Assembly (NCBI GenBank): GCA_016790965.1
Contig: JAEUNZ010000001.1
Span: 27,095-91,094 of the forward strand
Source of the DNA: Dechloromonas sp.
GTDB taxonomy: Bacteria; Pseudomonadota; Gammaproteobacteria; Burkholderiales; Rhodocyclaceae
Reading direction: 5' to 3'
DNA: 64,000 nt
Position 1 is the stretch's first letter. Each line of letters starts with the position of its first letter. The notes beneath the pieces are model-generated. The model saw only the letters and a program-made list of their open reading frames with translations, did not search any database and was not told where the DNA came from. Shown in pieces: positions 44,978 through 54,161 of this stretch. The position numbers and the translations under genes are program-made.

Positions 44978-45168
44978 GGAGGTCTCCTGTCGTGGTTGAG
45001 GGGCAGGAGGGTGAACACGCAGGAGAATGGCGTATTCCCTCCGGCGGACAAATTTTTCGCCAAGGCCTCCCGGGGCGTGCCATTGCTCCCGCATCGAGCT
45101 CTTGCTATCTTGCCTGCAGACCGGCGACACGACCCGGATCTGCCGGCCCGGGGGAAGCGGGGGACGTC

Positions 45169-46296
45169 ATGGAAGCACTGCGCGGGAAGCAGCCGTCCAG
45201 GAAGAAGGCGCTGCTCATCGGAGGCGGCGCGCCCAATGCCACACTGATGGCGGGAGCGCTGGTTGCCTTCATTGAAAACAAGGTGGAGTTCGACGTGGTG
45301 TCCACGGCCGGCGCCGGAGCGCTCCTGGGGCTGCTGTATCGGGCACCGATCGGCGGCGACGCCCGAAAAGCCCTGCAGCACACCACCCGCCTGGGAATCG
45401 CCGACGCCATCTACGACTGGTTGCCGGTCAATTACAAGGTATTTCTCAAGGGCGGGCCGACGGCGGACGTGTTCCGGGAGTTCCTGGCGCTCAATCCCTT
45501 CGCCGCGCACATTATTGGCCAAGGATGGAATCAAGGGGCCGAGAAGATCCTGGGGGACTGGCTGCAGCTCGTCTGGGCTTCCCTCACTCCCGGCGATACG
45601 AGCCCGTTCAGCCAGGGCCTCTGTGCCCACGTGCCTTTTGCTGAAGATGTCATCGATTTCGCGGCCCTTCCGGGGGCGCCGGGGGCGTTCTACATCAACG
45701 CCTTCAACGTCAGCCGGGGGAAGATGAGCATCTGGGGCAAGGACGAGATCACCCCGGAGCATTTTCGCGCGGCCCTCGCCTTCCCCTTCCTCTATCCGCC
45801 CTACCGCCTCGGGGGCGAAGACTACATCGAAGGCGCGGCCATCGACACCATCAACTTCCGCGCCCTGGTCGCCGAGAAACCGGACCCCGACCCCGACGCT
45901 GCCCCGCCCGACACCTTTCTCTACCGCGGCGAGGAACGCACTACGGGCTTGCACGAAGATCTCGACACCCTGGTGGTCTTCGACATTCTGGGCAGCGAAA
46001 AGCTGATCCGGCGGCCCGAAAATCTCTACGACGCCTGGGTGCGTTCCATCATCACCCCTCTGGTCGCCATCGCCCGGGACGACGTGAAACTCTTCGAACG
46101 TGTCCACAACATCGACCCGGCGACCCACCGTGCGAAGCGCCGGGTGCTCAAGGTCAAGCTGCTGGAGGGCATTGCGGAGGGTGATTGGCCAGATGTACTC
46201 GACTGGTCGGCGTCCAATCTGGAACGCCTCTACGCCATCGGCTACCGCGCCGGCCTGCGCTTCTGCGCTGAACACCCAGGCGCCCTGAACCTCTGA
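45169..46296 (+). CDS. Patatin-like phospholipase family protein with non-canonical active-site motifs
   Basis: Start at the internal ATG 45169. Glycine-rich loop LLIGGGAPN, then ..DVVSTAGAGALLG.. where patatins carry G-x-S-x-G, and ..YIEGAAID.. where the catalytic D-G-G/A normally sits. Confidence 0.65.
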   Translation: MEALRGKQPSRKKALLIGGGAPNATLMAGALVAFIENKVEFDVVSTAGAGALLGLLYRAPIGGDARKALQHTTRLGIADAIYDWLPVNYKVFLKGGPTADVFREFLALNPFAAHIIGQGWNQGAEKILGDWLQLVWASLTPGDTSPFSQGLCAHVPFAEDVIDFAALPGAPGAFYINAFNVSRGKMSIWGKDEITPEHFRAALAFPFLYPPYRLGGEDYIEGAAIDTINFRALVAEKPDPDPDAAPPDTFLYRGEERTTGLHEDLDTLVVFDILGSEKLIRRPENLYDAWVRSIITPLVAIARDDVKLFERVHNIDPATHRAKRRVLKVKLLEGIAEGDWPDVLDWSASNLERLYAIGYRAGLRFCAEHPGALNL

Positions 46297-46323
46297 GGCA
46301 CCTGCCCGCACTGCCCGCTGCGA

Positions 46324-46427
46324 ATACTCTGCCGCATTCAAGCCGATACTTTGTCGACTTCGCCTTGCCATGCAGGAGCACTACCTTCGGCTTGTCTTCG
46401 CGTCTCGGCTTGAATGCGGCAGAGTAT
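46324..46427. repeat. 104-bp element bounded by perfect 23-bp inverted repeats (MITE/REP-like)
   Basis: ATACTCTGCCGCATTCAAGCCGA at 46324..46346, with its exact reverse complement TCGGCTTGAATGCGGCAGAGTAT at 46405..46427. The 58-bp centre is non-palindromic and has no coding capacity. Confidence 0.6.
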
Positions 46428-46435
46428 GAAAAGGC

Positions 46436-46468
46436 GAAAGCCCCTTGTCGGGGGGGCAAGGGGCTTTC
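46436..46468. terminator. Strong GC hairpin after the patatin-like gene
   Basis: GAAAGCCCCTTG-N9-CAAGGGGCTTTC is a perfect 12-bp stem. A U-run follows only on the minus-strand reading. Confidence 0.5.
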
Positions 46469-46707
46469 AAGGCGACCCGTCAGGAGGTGGGAGGGGGAGG
46501 GCCGCCTAGGCCAACCCGGAGGTCAGCGCATGAGTGCAAGATACCGGTCCGCCAGTCCGGGCTCAAGTAACGGTTTGCAACAGTGTGTAGCGCTGTGTGG
46601 GGGCCGTCGCCCTTGACAGGGGGATGCCCCGGGGGCGTATCGTTTGCCGCTGCCGGTCGGCCTTCCCGAGGATTCGCCGGAATTGCCATATTGTCACCGG
46701 AGACGCC

Positions 46708-48645
46708 ATGATCTCATCCGCCCCCCTGCCCCTGTGGACGCCCCGTAACCCGGAACGGACGACCCTCGCCGCCTGGATGAATGCCCTGGATATGGCGGAT
46801 TACGAGTCCCTGTGGCGCTGGTCGGTGGAGCGGCCCGAGGAATTCTGGGACCGTGTGTGGGACGAATTCGGCGTGGTCGGCGACAAGGGCGGGACGGTGC
46901 TGGCGGACGGTGCGCTCATGCCGGGCGCCCGCTGGTTTCCCGAGGCGAGGATCAATTTTGCGGAGAACCTCCTCGCGGCGCCGGGTGACGGAGACGCCCT
47001 GGTTTTCTGGGGCGAGGATAAGCTGCAGCAGCGCTGGGACCATGCCCGCCTTCGGGATACCGTCGGGCGTTGCGCGCGGGTTCTGAGCCGGGCCGGAGTC
47101 GGGGTCGGGGATCGGGTGGCGGCCTATCTGCCCAATCTGCCCGAAGCGCTGGTGGCCATGCTCGCCACGGCGTCCCTGGGGGCCGTCTGGTCGTCGGCCT
47201 CGCCCGATTTTGGCGTCCAGGGCGTTCTCGACCGCTTCGGCCAAATCGAGCCTAAAGTGCTGCTCTGTGTGGACGGCTACTGGTACAACGGCAAGGCGGT
47301 GGATTGCCGCGGCAAGAACGCCGAAGTCGCCGCTCGGCTCAAGGGCCTGAGTCTCGTCCTGGTCGTGCCCTACCTGGCGGAGAGCCCCGATCTGGGGGCG
47401 CTTCCCGGTGCGCAGTCCTGGCCGGAGGCCCTGGCTGCCGCCGATGCGGGCCCGCCGGAATTCCTGCGGGTGCCCTTCGACCACCCGCTCTTCATCCTAT
47501 ATTCCAGTGGCACCACCGGAGTGCCCAAGTGCATCGTCCACGGGCATGGGGGCACCCTGCTGCAACACCTGAAGGAGCACCGCCTGCACGGCGACCTGCG
47601 CCCCGGCGACCGCCTGTTCTACTACACCACCTGCGGTTGGATGATGTGGAACTGGCTGATGAGCGGCCTCGCTTCCGGCGCCACCCTGCTGCTCTACGAC
47701 GGCAGTCCCTTTGCCGGAGACGGGACGATCCTCTTCGATTACGCTCAGGCCGAGGGTATGACCCACTTCGGCACCTCGGCCAAATTCATCGACGCCGCCG
47801 CCAAGATGGGCCTCCACCCGGCCCGGACGCACCGCCTGGACGCCTTGCGGGCGGTCTTCTCCACCGGCAGCCCCCTGTCGCCGGAAGGCTTCGACTGGGT
47901 CTATCGGGAACTGAAGGAGGACGTGCTGTTGGCATCCATTTCCGGTGGCACGGACATCATCTCCTGCTTCGTCCTGGGGAACCCTGCCTTGTCTGTCCAT
48001 CGCGGCGAAATCCAGTGCCGCGGCCTGGGCATGGCAGTGGAGGTCTTCGACGAGGACGGCCGGCCGGTGCGCGAACAGAAGGGTGAACTGGTGTGCACGC
48101 TGCCCTTCCCGTCCATGCCGGTCGGCTTCTGGAACGACCCGGACGGCAGCAAGTATCGCGCCGCCTACTTCGAGCGCTTTCCCGGCGTCTGGTGCCATGG
48201 TGACTATTCAGAAATCACGGCCCGTGGCGGCATCGTCATCTACGGCCGTTCCGACGCCACCCTCAACCCCGGCGGCGTGCGCATCGGCACGGCGGAAATC
48301 TACCGCCAAGTGGAGCAACTTCCCGAAATTCTCGAATCCCTGGTGATTGGACAGGACTGGGAGGGGGACTTGCGGGTGGTACTCTTCGTCAAGCTCGCGG
48401 CGGGAGCGATCCTTGACGATGCCCTGCGGGAACGGATCAAGGCGCATATCCGCAACACCACCACGCCACGCCATGTCCCAGCGCGCATCGTCGAAGTCGG
48501 TGATATTCCGCGGACCAAATCGGGCAAGATTGTCGAGTTGGCGGTACGCAATGTGGTCCACGGCCAGGCCGTGAAAAACATGGAAGCCCTGGCCAATCCC
48601 GAAGCCTTGCAGTTCTACCGTGACCGCCCGGAGTTGGGGACTTGA
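46708..48645 (+). CDS. Acetoacetyl-CoA synthetase (acetoacetate-CoA ligase)
   Basis: Start at the internal ATG 46708 ([18 protein letters not shown]..). AMP-binding motif [14 protein letters not shown], plus ..GGTDI.., ..[18 protein letters not shown].. and the C-terminal ..PRTKSGKI.. lysine motif. The N-terminal region is typical of AACS rather than Acs. Confidence 0.9.
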   Translation: MISSAPLPLWTPRNPERTTLAAWMNALDMADYESLWRWSVERPEEFWDRVWDEFGVVGDKGGTVLADGALMPGARWFPEARINFAENLLAAPGDGDALVFWGEDKLQQRWDHARLRDTVGRCARVLSRAGVGVGDRVAAYLPNLPEALVAMLATASLGAVWSSASPDFGVQGVLDRFGQIEPKVLLCVDGYWYNGKAVDCRGKNAEVAARLKGLSLVLVVPYLAESPDLGALPGAQSWPEALAAADAGPPEFLRVPFDHPLFILYSSGTTGVPKCIVHGHGGTLLQHLKEHRLHGDLRPGDRLFYYTTCGWMMWNWLMSGLASGATLLLYDGSPFAGDGTILFDYAQAEGMTHFGTSAKFIDAAAKMGLHPARTHRLDALRAVFSTGSPLSPEGFDWVYRELKEDVLLASISGGTDIISCFVLGNPALSVHRGEIQCRGLGMAVEVFDEDGRPVREQKGELVCTLPFPSMPVGFWNDPDGSKYRAAYFERFPGVWCHGDYSEITARGGIVIYGRSDATLNPGGVRIGTAEIYRQVEQLPEILESLVIGQDWEGDLRVVLFVKLAAGAILDDALRERIKAHIRNTTTPRHVPARIVEVGDIPRTKSGKIVELAVRNVVHGQAVKNMEALANPEALQFYRDRPELGT

Positions 48646-48922
48646 GCAGATCCCTTGGCGATGCGGCACAGGGAAGTACAAAACGGCGTTTCGAGTTGGT
48701 GAAGATGGCCGCCCATCCCTGCCGGCTCGGCGACGCTTCGTGAAACTCGCGGCGCCCAGGGGCAGTGCCGTCCCAGGGAAGAGGACGGCATCCCGCTATC
48801 GCTCCCGGTCGAGGCCAACGGGAGCCGAAGGACTGCTCAATCGCTCGTCCTCCTTTGGAGGGATGGCGAGCATTGCGGGGCGGGGCTAAAGTGCGCAGAA
48901 TTCTCTGGGGGCCGTTGTAGCG

Positions 48923-49681
48923 ATGCGTATTTCCCTCGTGCGGACCATCGCGCTCTTCATCCTGATCGTTCATGAAACCGCCAACGCGGACTGTGGCGAT
49001 TTGCGTCCCTACGCCGATCTCACAGGATGCGATTTCTCGCGCATGAATTTGGCAGGCAAGGATCTGCGTGGGGCGCGACTGACCGGCGCCAAGCTGGAAA
49101 ACGCGAATCTTCGCGGAGTCGACCTGAGCGGCGCAGATCTGCGCAAGGCCAATGCCAAGTGGGCTCATTTCGAAGAATCGCGTCTGGTCGAGGCGGACCT
49201 GCGCGATGCCGATCTCTTTCACGCAATATTCGACCGTGCCGACCTGAGTCGTGCCAAGCTGCGCGGGGCCTATCTGTTTGGGGCGAACCTGATTGGCGCT
49301 CGGGCGCGTGGCGCCGATTTTGCCCAGGCCTATCTCAAGGACATCCTGATGGAGGGCATAGACCTGTCGGGGGGGTCGCTGCAGGACTGCTATGCCTTTC
49401 GTAGCGTCCTGATGGACGCCAAACTGGTGGGAACCGATCTCTCGGGCGCAGACCTGACCGGTGCTGCGGCCGAGCGTGCGGATTTTTCCAAGGCGCGCCT
49501 CCATCGCACCCGGCTTTCCGGGGCGACGCTACGTGAGGCGGAATTCGCCTCTGCGGACTTGCTCGATGCAGATTTTGCCCATGCCGATTTGTGGAACGCC
49601 CGCTTCGATCGGGTAACCAACCTGCCCGCGTCTCTGACCGAAGCCCTCTCGGAGGCCTTCACCGGCAGGGCAAAGCCTTGA
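48923..49681 (+). CDS. Secreted pentapeptide-repeat protein
   Basis: Signal-like N-terminus, then ~40 consecutive A(D/N)LxX pentapeptides (ADLTGCDFSRMNLAGKDLRGARLTGAKLENANLRGVDLSGADLRKANA..). Confidence 0.85.
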   Translation: MRISLVRTIALFILIVHETANADCGDLRPYADLTGCDFSRMNLAGKDLRGARLTGAKLENANLRGVDLSGADLRKANAKWAHFEESRLVEADLRDADLFHAIFDRADLSRAKLRGAYLFGANLIGARARGADFAQAYLKDILMEGIDLSGGSLQDCYAFRSVLMDAKLVGTDLSGADLTGAAAERADFSKARLHRTRLSGATLREAEFASADLLDADFAHADLWNARFDRVTNLPASLTEALSEAFTGRAKP

Positions 49682-49772
49682 ACCGACACGTCCCTCCCCA
49701 CCCGCTTGCGCCAAGGGTGTGCCCCCGGTGAGGGATCGCGAGGGCCCGCCTTTTCGTGGGACGCTTACCTGC

Positions 49773-50423
49773 TCAGACTTGATCCAGGCGATCCAGGGAT
49801 GCCAGGGTTGCAATGAGCCCCTCGACTCCCGTTGTCCGTGCTTCCTCAACGAGCCGGGAACGGTACTTGAGGAAGAGGCTTTGCTCCTCGACGGCGACGT
49901 TGATTAACTTCCAGCCGCCATCTTCGCGGACGAGTTGATAGTCAATCTTGGTGTGGCGGTGCCCGGGTTCCGAGATGTGCGTGCGGATGGTCGCCTCCTC
50001 AGACTCCGTGTCAGTCTGCTCGGCTTCGCGGAAGGGTTCGATGAAGAGGCGGGCACCACGGTGATCCTGGGCCGCGAGATTTTCTGCATAGGTCCGGAGA
50101 AGGAGGCGGCGGAACTCGGTGCTGAGCCGTTCCCGCTGGGCTTCCGTCGCGACCGCCCAAACTCGTCCCGTGGCTTCTTCGGTAAGACGCCGAAAATCGA
50201 TGTGGGGCGCGATCTCCCGCTCGGCCATGCGGCGCAGCGCGCGGGTATTCGAACTTTCCGCGAGGGCTGACAAAGCGGCTCCAGCGGTCCGGCGGACGTC
50301 TGTTTCCGGGTTGGACCCTGCCGCCGAAGCCGCGCCAGCCAGTGCCAGCGAGCTCAGGGCGATGAATTGATGGATATTCCGTTTGAACCTCAGGTTTCGT
50401 TTCTGTGTCATTGGGGTCTCCAT
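49773..50423 (-). CDS. MlaC/Ttg2D-family periplasmic lipid-binding protein (paralog A)
   Basis: Signal peptide (..FIALSSLALAGAASAAG) and MlaC-like core (..IAPHIDFRRLTEEATGRVW..EFRRLLLRTYA..). Clear paralog of 51688..52326. Confidence 0.72.
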   Translation of the reverse strand: METPMTQKRNLRFKRNIHQFIALSSLALAGAASAAGSNPETDVRRTAGAALSALAESSNTRALRRMAEREIAPHIDFRRLTEEATGRVWAVATEAQRERLSTEFRRLLLRTYAENLAAQDHRGARLFIEPFREAEQTDTESEEATIRTHISEPGHRHTKIDYQLVREDGGWKLINVAVEEQSLFLKYRSRLVEEARTTGVEGLIATLASLDRLDQV

Positions 50424-50589
50424 AGGGGTTTTTGAACTCCACGCCGTGCCGGCTCGCTCGGGTATCGAGTTCCGGAAGGCGCTAGGCGGCTGCTACAAGA
50501 AGTCACGCAAGGTCCGTCACCCCAGCCGAAAGGGGGTGCGGCGTGGACCGCTCCGGCTGGGTTCGATCTTTCGAACGAGGTGGCCGTTT

Positions 50590-51051
50590 TCAGTCCCGGT
50601 CGTGGCCATGGCCATGGCCATGGCCGTGGCCCCGACCGTGACCGTCTCCACGATCACGATCGTGCGGGCCACCCCGCTCGTCATGGCGATCATGGCCGTC
50701 ATCCCGGCCATGTCGCTCCCGATAGCGGGGAGCGAACTCGCGGCTGTACCAGTCATCCCGGACGAAATAGACGCGCTCTCCGCAAGCACCGTAGGCCGCA
50801 CAGTGCTTGGACCAATGCTTGGCATGGCCGGGAGGAACGCGCAAATAGACGGGCGGTCCTGCCACCGGTGCGGGCGCAATCACCAAAGGACGCTGATAGA
50901 TTAGGACGGGAGGCGGGTAACCACCGATGTCGATACGTCCGTAGAAACCCGGTTGTCCAATACTGATGGACACGCCGACGTCCGCGCCCTGACTGGACAT
51001 GCTGAGGCTCGCTGCCGTAAAGGCGAGAACGAGAGTGGGGATCTTCATCAT
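50590..51051 (-). CDS. Secreted protein with His/Gly/Asp/Arg-rich C-terminal tail
   Basis: Signal peptide MMKIPTLVLAFTAASLSMSSQGA and a Pro-rich core with 2 Cys. The tail is ..RERHGRDDGHDRHDERGGPHDRDRGDGHGRGHGHGHGHGHDRD. The (HG)n stretch is encoded by a GGCCAT-type hexanucleotide repeat at 50602..50631. Confidence 0.6.
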   Translation of the reverse strand: MMKIPTLVLAFTAASLSMSSQGADVGVSISIGQPGFYGRIDIGGYPPPVLIYQRPLVIAPAPVAGPPVYLRVPPGHAKHWSKHCAAYGACGERVYFVRDDWYSREFAPRYRERHGRDDGHDRHDERGGPHDRDRGDGHGRGHGHGHGHGHDRD

Positions 51052-51062
51052 GGGGGCTCCTT

Positions 51063-51662
51063 CTACAAGGGGTTGAGCGTCTTGGTCAGGGTGTAATGGG
51101 TATAGCCGATGCTCGCACCGGCGCGCAGTCCCACGCCGAGGCGGATGGGGGCCAAGATCGTGTCATCGCGTTGCTGGTAATTAACCCCCGCGCCGCCGAC
51201 GTAATAGACGCTTCCGTCTACCGACGGAAAACGCTTGAGGAGGTCTTCGGTTTTATGGGCGTGGTAAACCAGGACGAAGACTTTGGAGGCATTGCCGCCG
51301 AGATCGAAGCCGATGGACGGACCTTGCCAGAATATTCGTGACCCGCCGCCGTGTTTGAAGGCGAGTTGGCCCTCGCCGTACCGCAGGCCGATGGTGGCCG
51401 CGCCGGCCACCTCCTCCCCCTTGATGTAGCCGCTTGGGCGACCCTGTTCCTTGAATGCCTTGGCGATGACCTTCCCCAGGCCTTCGGTGGTGTCCCCTAA
51501 AAAATCGCTGGCGGCCTTGAGAATCGAGTCCTCGTCGAAACCCTCGTTCTCTGGCGCATTGGCCCAGGTGGCATGCGGCACGGAAATCAGGGCGCTGGCA
51601 ATGCCCAGGGCCCAGTATTTGGCAAACGTTCTTCGGGAAACCGTCTTCTGTGGGGAGTTCAT
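51063..51662 (-). CDS. DUF1134-family periplasmic protein (Tat-type signal)
   Basis: SRRTFAKYWALGIASALI.. is a twin-arginine-like signal. Gly-rich beta-strand core (..GLRYGEGQLAFKHGG..FWQGPSIGFDLGGN..YYVGGAGVNY..) matches my recollection of DUF1134. Confidence 0.65.
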   Translation of the reverse strand: MNSPQKTVSRRTFAKYWALGIASALISVPHATWANAPENEGFDEDSILKAASDFLGDTTEGLGKVIAKAFKEQGRPSGYIKGEEVAGAATIGLRYGEGQLAFKHGGGSRIFWQGPSIGFDLGGNASKVFVLVYHAHKTEDLLKRFPSVDGSVYYVGGAGVNYQQRDDTILAPIRLGVGLRAGASIGYTHYTLTKTLNPL

Positions 51663-51687
51663 TGTTCTCTCCTTATCCGTTGTCGGA

Positions 51688-52326
51688 TCAAGCGCTCTGA
51701 CGATTCTTTTCGCTCAGCGCACGGATGATGCCTTCCACGCCGCCTTCCTTCGCCTGGGTCGCGAACCAGTCGCGATAATTGGTTACCAGGCTGATGTTTT
51801 CGACCATGACGTCGACGACCTTCCAGCCGGTTTCATTCCTGGCCATACGGTAGTCGATGGCGATTGGGCGGCGTCCCGGTTCGGTGACCTTGGTCCTTAC
51901 CGTCGTTTCGTCTCCCGGAGACACGGGAGACGGCTGGACGGCCACCTGCGTCGCGCCGTGGTTGGCGGCATTCAGCGATTTGGTGTAACTGCGGACCAGC
52001 AGGCGCTGGAATTCGCTGACCAACAGCTCCTGCTGTGCTGGCGTCGCTTGTGCCCATACCCGACCGGCAGCCAGTTGGGTCATGCGGCGGAAGTCGAAGT
52101 GGGGAACAACCTTTGATTGTGCGATCTGGCGCAGGGTGGCTGGTTCCGGATTGCTGGCAATTGCGGCCAGCACGTCCTGGGTCGTCTCACGGACGACCGC
52201 ATCGGGCGTCTCGTCAGCCGCTCCCGCGGCGCTGGCGATGGCGAGCGCACTCACCACGAGGAATTTACGAATGTTCCGATTGAATCGCAGATATCGCTTC
52301 TCGGTCATGTTGAATCCTCCATTCAA
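51688..52326 (-). CDS. MlaC/Ttg2D-family periplasmic lipid-binding protein (paralog B)
   Basis: Signal peptide (..FLVVSALAIASAAGAAD) and MlaC-like core (..VVPHFDFRRMTQLAAGRVW..EFQRLLVRSYT..). Confidence 0.72.
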   Translation of the reverse strand: MNGGFNMTEKRYLRFNRNIRKFLVVSALAIASAAGAADETPDAVVRETTQDVLAAIASNPEPATLRQIAQSKVVPHFDFRRMTQLAAGRVWAQATPAQQELLVSEFQRLLVRSYTKSLNAANHGATQVAVQPSPVSPGDETTVRTKVTEPGRRPIAIDYRMARNETGWKVVDVMVENISLVTNYRDWFATQAKEGGVEGIIRALSEKNRQSA

Positions 52327-52521
52327 GGCCGGGCGGAGCGCCGGACCGAAGGCTCACTCTAGGCCGAGCGGACGAGGGTCGAGGTAATCATCCGTAACAG
52401 CAAGTAAGCCACTCTCTCGGTAGGTCTCGGTACTATCCTCCCGAACCGACCGGTGCTGGGGAAGGTATTGCCCTATGGCTTCCGGCCACAGAATCGACGA
52501 TGACTTTGGCGTGCGACCGAC

Positions 52522-53085
52522 TCAGCGAGATCTGTGTTGTGTTCCGAGAGTGTGCGGGGGGCCAGCCTGTCTAGGCCGGTGAAACCAGGCCGCTGCCAGG
52601 AGAATGGGGGCTGTTGCCAGGCTGGCAGCCCAGACGGGTGCCAGAGTGGATTGGAGCCAATCGGCAGGCCCACCGGCGGCGAGGGCAAGCTGATGGGCGA
52701 ACCAGAGCAGTGAACCTGAGAGGGCGAGGAACATGCCCCAGCGGCCGAATTGCCGGGCCGAGGATTCCCTCTCGCCGCAGTCCGCCGCGGGTTTCCAGGG
52801 CAGACTTCCCGCCAGCGCGCCTCCCAGGCGTTTTGCCGCTGACCATACCAGTGCGACGAGCAACCCGAACCAGAATGCGATTTCAACCAGATGGGGCCAA
52901 TGGGCCTTCATGAAGCCGTAGCCGTCCACGCTGTCGGTCCCTTCCGGAAGCAGCGCGATGCCTGCGCCACAACCCAACGCCACGACGAGGGCAGCGATGA
53001 CCGCCCCGCGCAGTTGGCCTGCCCAGTAATGGAACTCTGCGTCCACGTCTGAATTGATAGGCAGTCGATCGAGCAGCTTGTACAT
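52522..53085 (-). CDS. Hypothetical integral membrane protein
   Basis: 187 aa with four hydrophobic segments. No family recognised. Confidence 0.45.
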   Translation of the reverse strand: MYKLLDRLPINSDVDAEFHYWAGQLRGAVIAALVVALGCGAGIALLPEGTDSVDGYGFMKAHWPHLVEIAFWFGLLVALVWSAAKRLGGALAGSLPWKPAADCGERESSARQFGRWGMFLALSGSLLWFAHQLALAAGGPADWLQSTLAPVWAASLATAPILLAAAWFHRPRQAGPPHTLGTQHRSR

Positions 53086-53255
53086 GGGGCCTCCTTGCGC
53101 AGAAGATTCCCTGCCGCGCTTTCCGCCCTTCCTGACCTACCCTGGCCCCGGCGCAGGATTCAACCCTTCCGGTCGGGGCATAGAGACTCCCGGTACGGCG
53201 GAAACCCGGTAGACCGGCAATAGCGCCGGGCGTTCGCAGCTATGGCGGACGCTTT

Positions 53256-54161
53256 TCAACCGCCCTTGCGCCGTGCCCTGGGGTGGGCGGCGTCGTAGAC
53301 CTTGGCCAGGTGTTGGAAGTCGAGGTGGGTATAGACCTGGGTCGAGGCAATGCTGGAGTGGCCCAGCATTTCCTGCACCGCCCGCAAGTCGCCCGAAGAT
53401 TGCAGGACGTGGGAGGCGAAGGAATGGCGCAGCATGTGGGGATGGACGTGGCGCGGCAGGCCGGCCTGCCGGGCGTGGCGTTCGAGGCGTGCTTCGACCA
53501 CCCGGGGATGGATGCGGCGGCCGCGCCGGCCCACGAAAAGGGCGGTCTCGTCCGCGCTGGCCAGGCTCTCGCGCAGGAGGCGCCAGGCGCTTAGCGCCTC
53601 GCGGGCCTTGCGACCGACAGGGACGATGCGGGTCTTGCCCCGTTTGCCAGTGACACGGACTTCGTCATCGGCAAGCAGGCCCTCGAGATCATTCCACTGC
53701 AAGCTGACCAATTCCGCCAGGCGCAGACCGGAAGAGTAGAAGAGCTCGAACATGGCCCGGTCCCGGGCCTGGACCGCCGGGTCGTCATCTTGCGTCGGTT
53801 CGTCGAGCAGTCGGGCGGTTTCGTCGGCGGAAAGGGCTTTGGGCAGCCGCTTGGGCGAGCGGGGCGGCTTCACGCCATCGCAGGGGTTGCCCGCAACCCC
53901 GCCCCTCCGGCCAAGCCAGGCGAAAAAGCCTCGCCAGGCGGAGAGATGGCGGGCCAGAGAACGCCCCGCCAGACCGCCGCCGTGCAGCTGGGCCAGGAAC
54001 TGCCGCAGATGATGGCCGCCCAGCTGTTCCAGCGGAACTGCTCCCGCAAGGGCGAGCAGCTTTTCCAGATCGCGGCGGTAGGCGGCGACCGTATGGGGCG
54101 ACTGGCGCCGCTGCTCGGCCAGTTCGGCCAGATATTCAGCGACGGCTGCTTTGGCCGTCAC
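53256..54161 (-). CDS. xerC: Tyrosine recombinase XerC
   Basis: Phage-integrase fold with catalytic R..HxxR..Y (..HMLRHSFASH.., ..LGHSSIASTQVYTH). The conserved dapF-DUF484-xerC context indicates a chromosome-dimer-resolution function. Confidence 0.9.
   Translation of the reverse strand: MTAKAAVAEYLAELAEQRRQSPHTVAAYRRDLEKLLALAGAVPLEQLGGHHLRQFLAQLHGGGLAGRSLARHLSAWRGFFAWLGRRGGVAGNPCDGVKPPRSPKRLPKALSADETARLLDEPTQDDDPAVQARDRAMFELFYSSGLRLAELVSLQWNDLEGLLADDEVRVTGKRGKTRIVPVGRKAREALSAWRLLRESLASADETALFVGRRGRRIHPRVVEARLERHARQAGLPRHVHPHMLRHSFASHVLQSSGDLRAVQEMLGHSSIASTQVYTHLDFQHLAKVYDAAHPRARRKGG

Noticed and set aside
44974-46371. 465-aa minus-strand ORF
   Set aside because: It is antisense to the patatin-like gene. 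Neither frame is overwhelming, but the plus-strand frame has the glycine-rich loop, sensible hydrophobic periodicity and an RBS-compatible start, while the antisense frame is R/G/E/P-rich noise.
46597-46707. N-terminal 37-codon extension of the acetoacetyl-CoA synthetase ORF
   Set aside because: The extension ([29 protein letters not shown]..) is Arg/Cys-rich and unlike AMP-ligase N-termini. The ATG at 46708 gives the conserved family N-terminus.
53256-54161. Tyrosine recombinase as a sign of an integrated mobile element or prophage
   Set aside because: The gene sits in the conserved dapF-DUF484-xerC operon with 4-nt overlaps, and there is no phage or island cargo nearby. It is the chromosomal dimer-resolution XerC.
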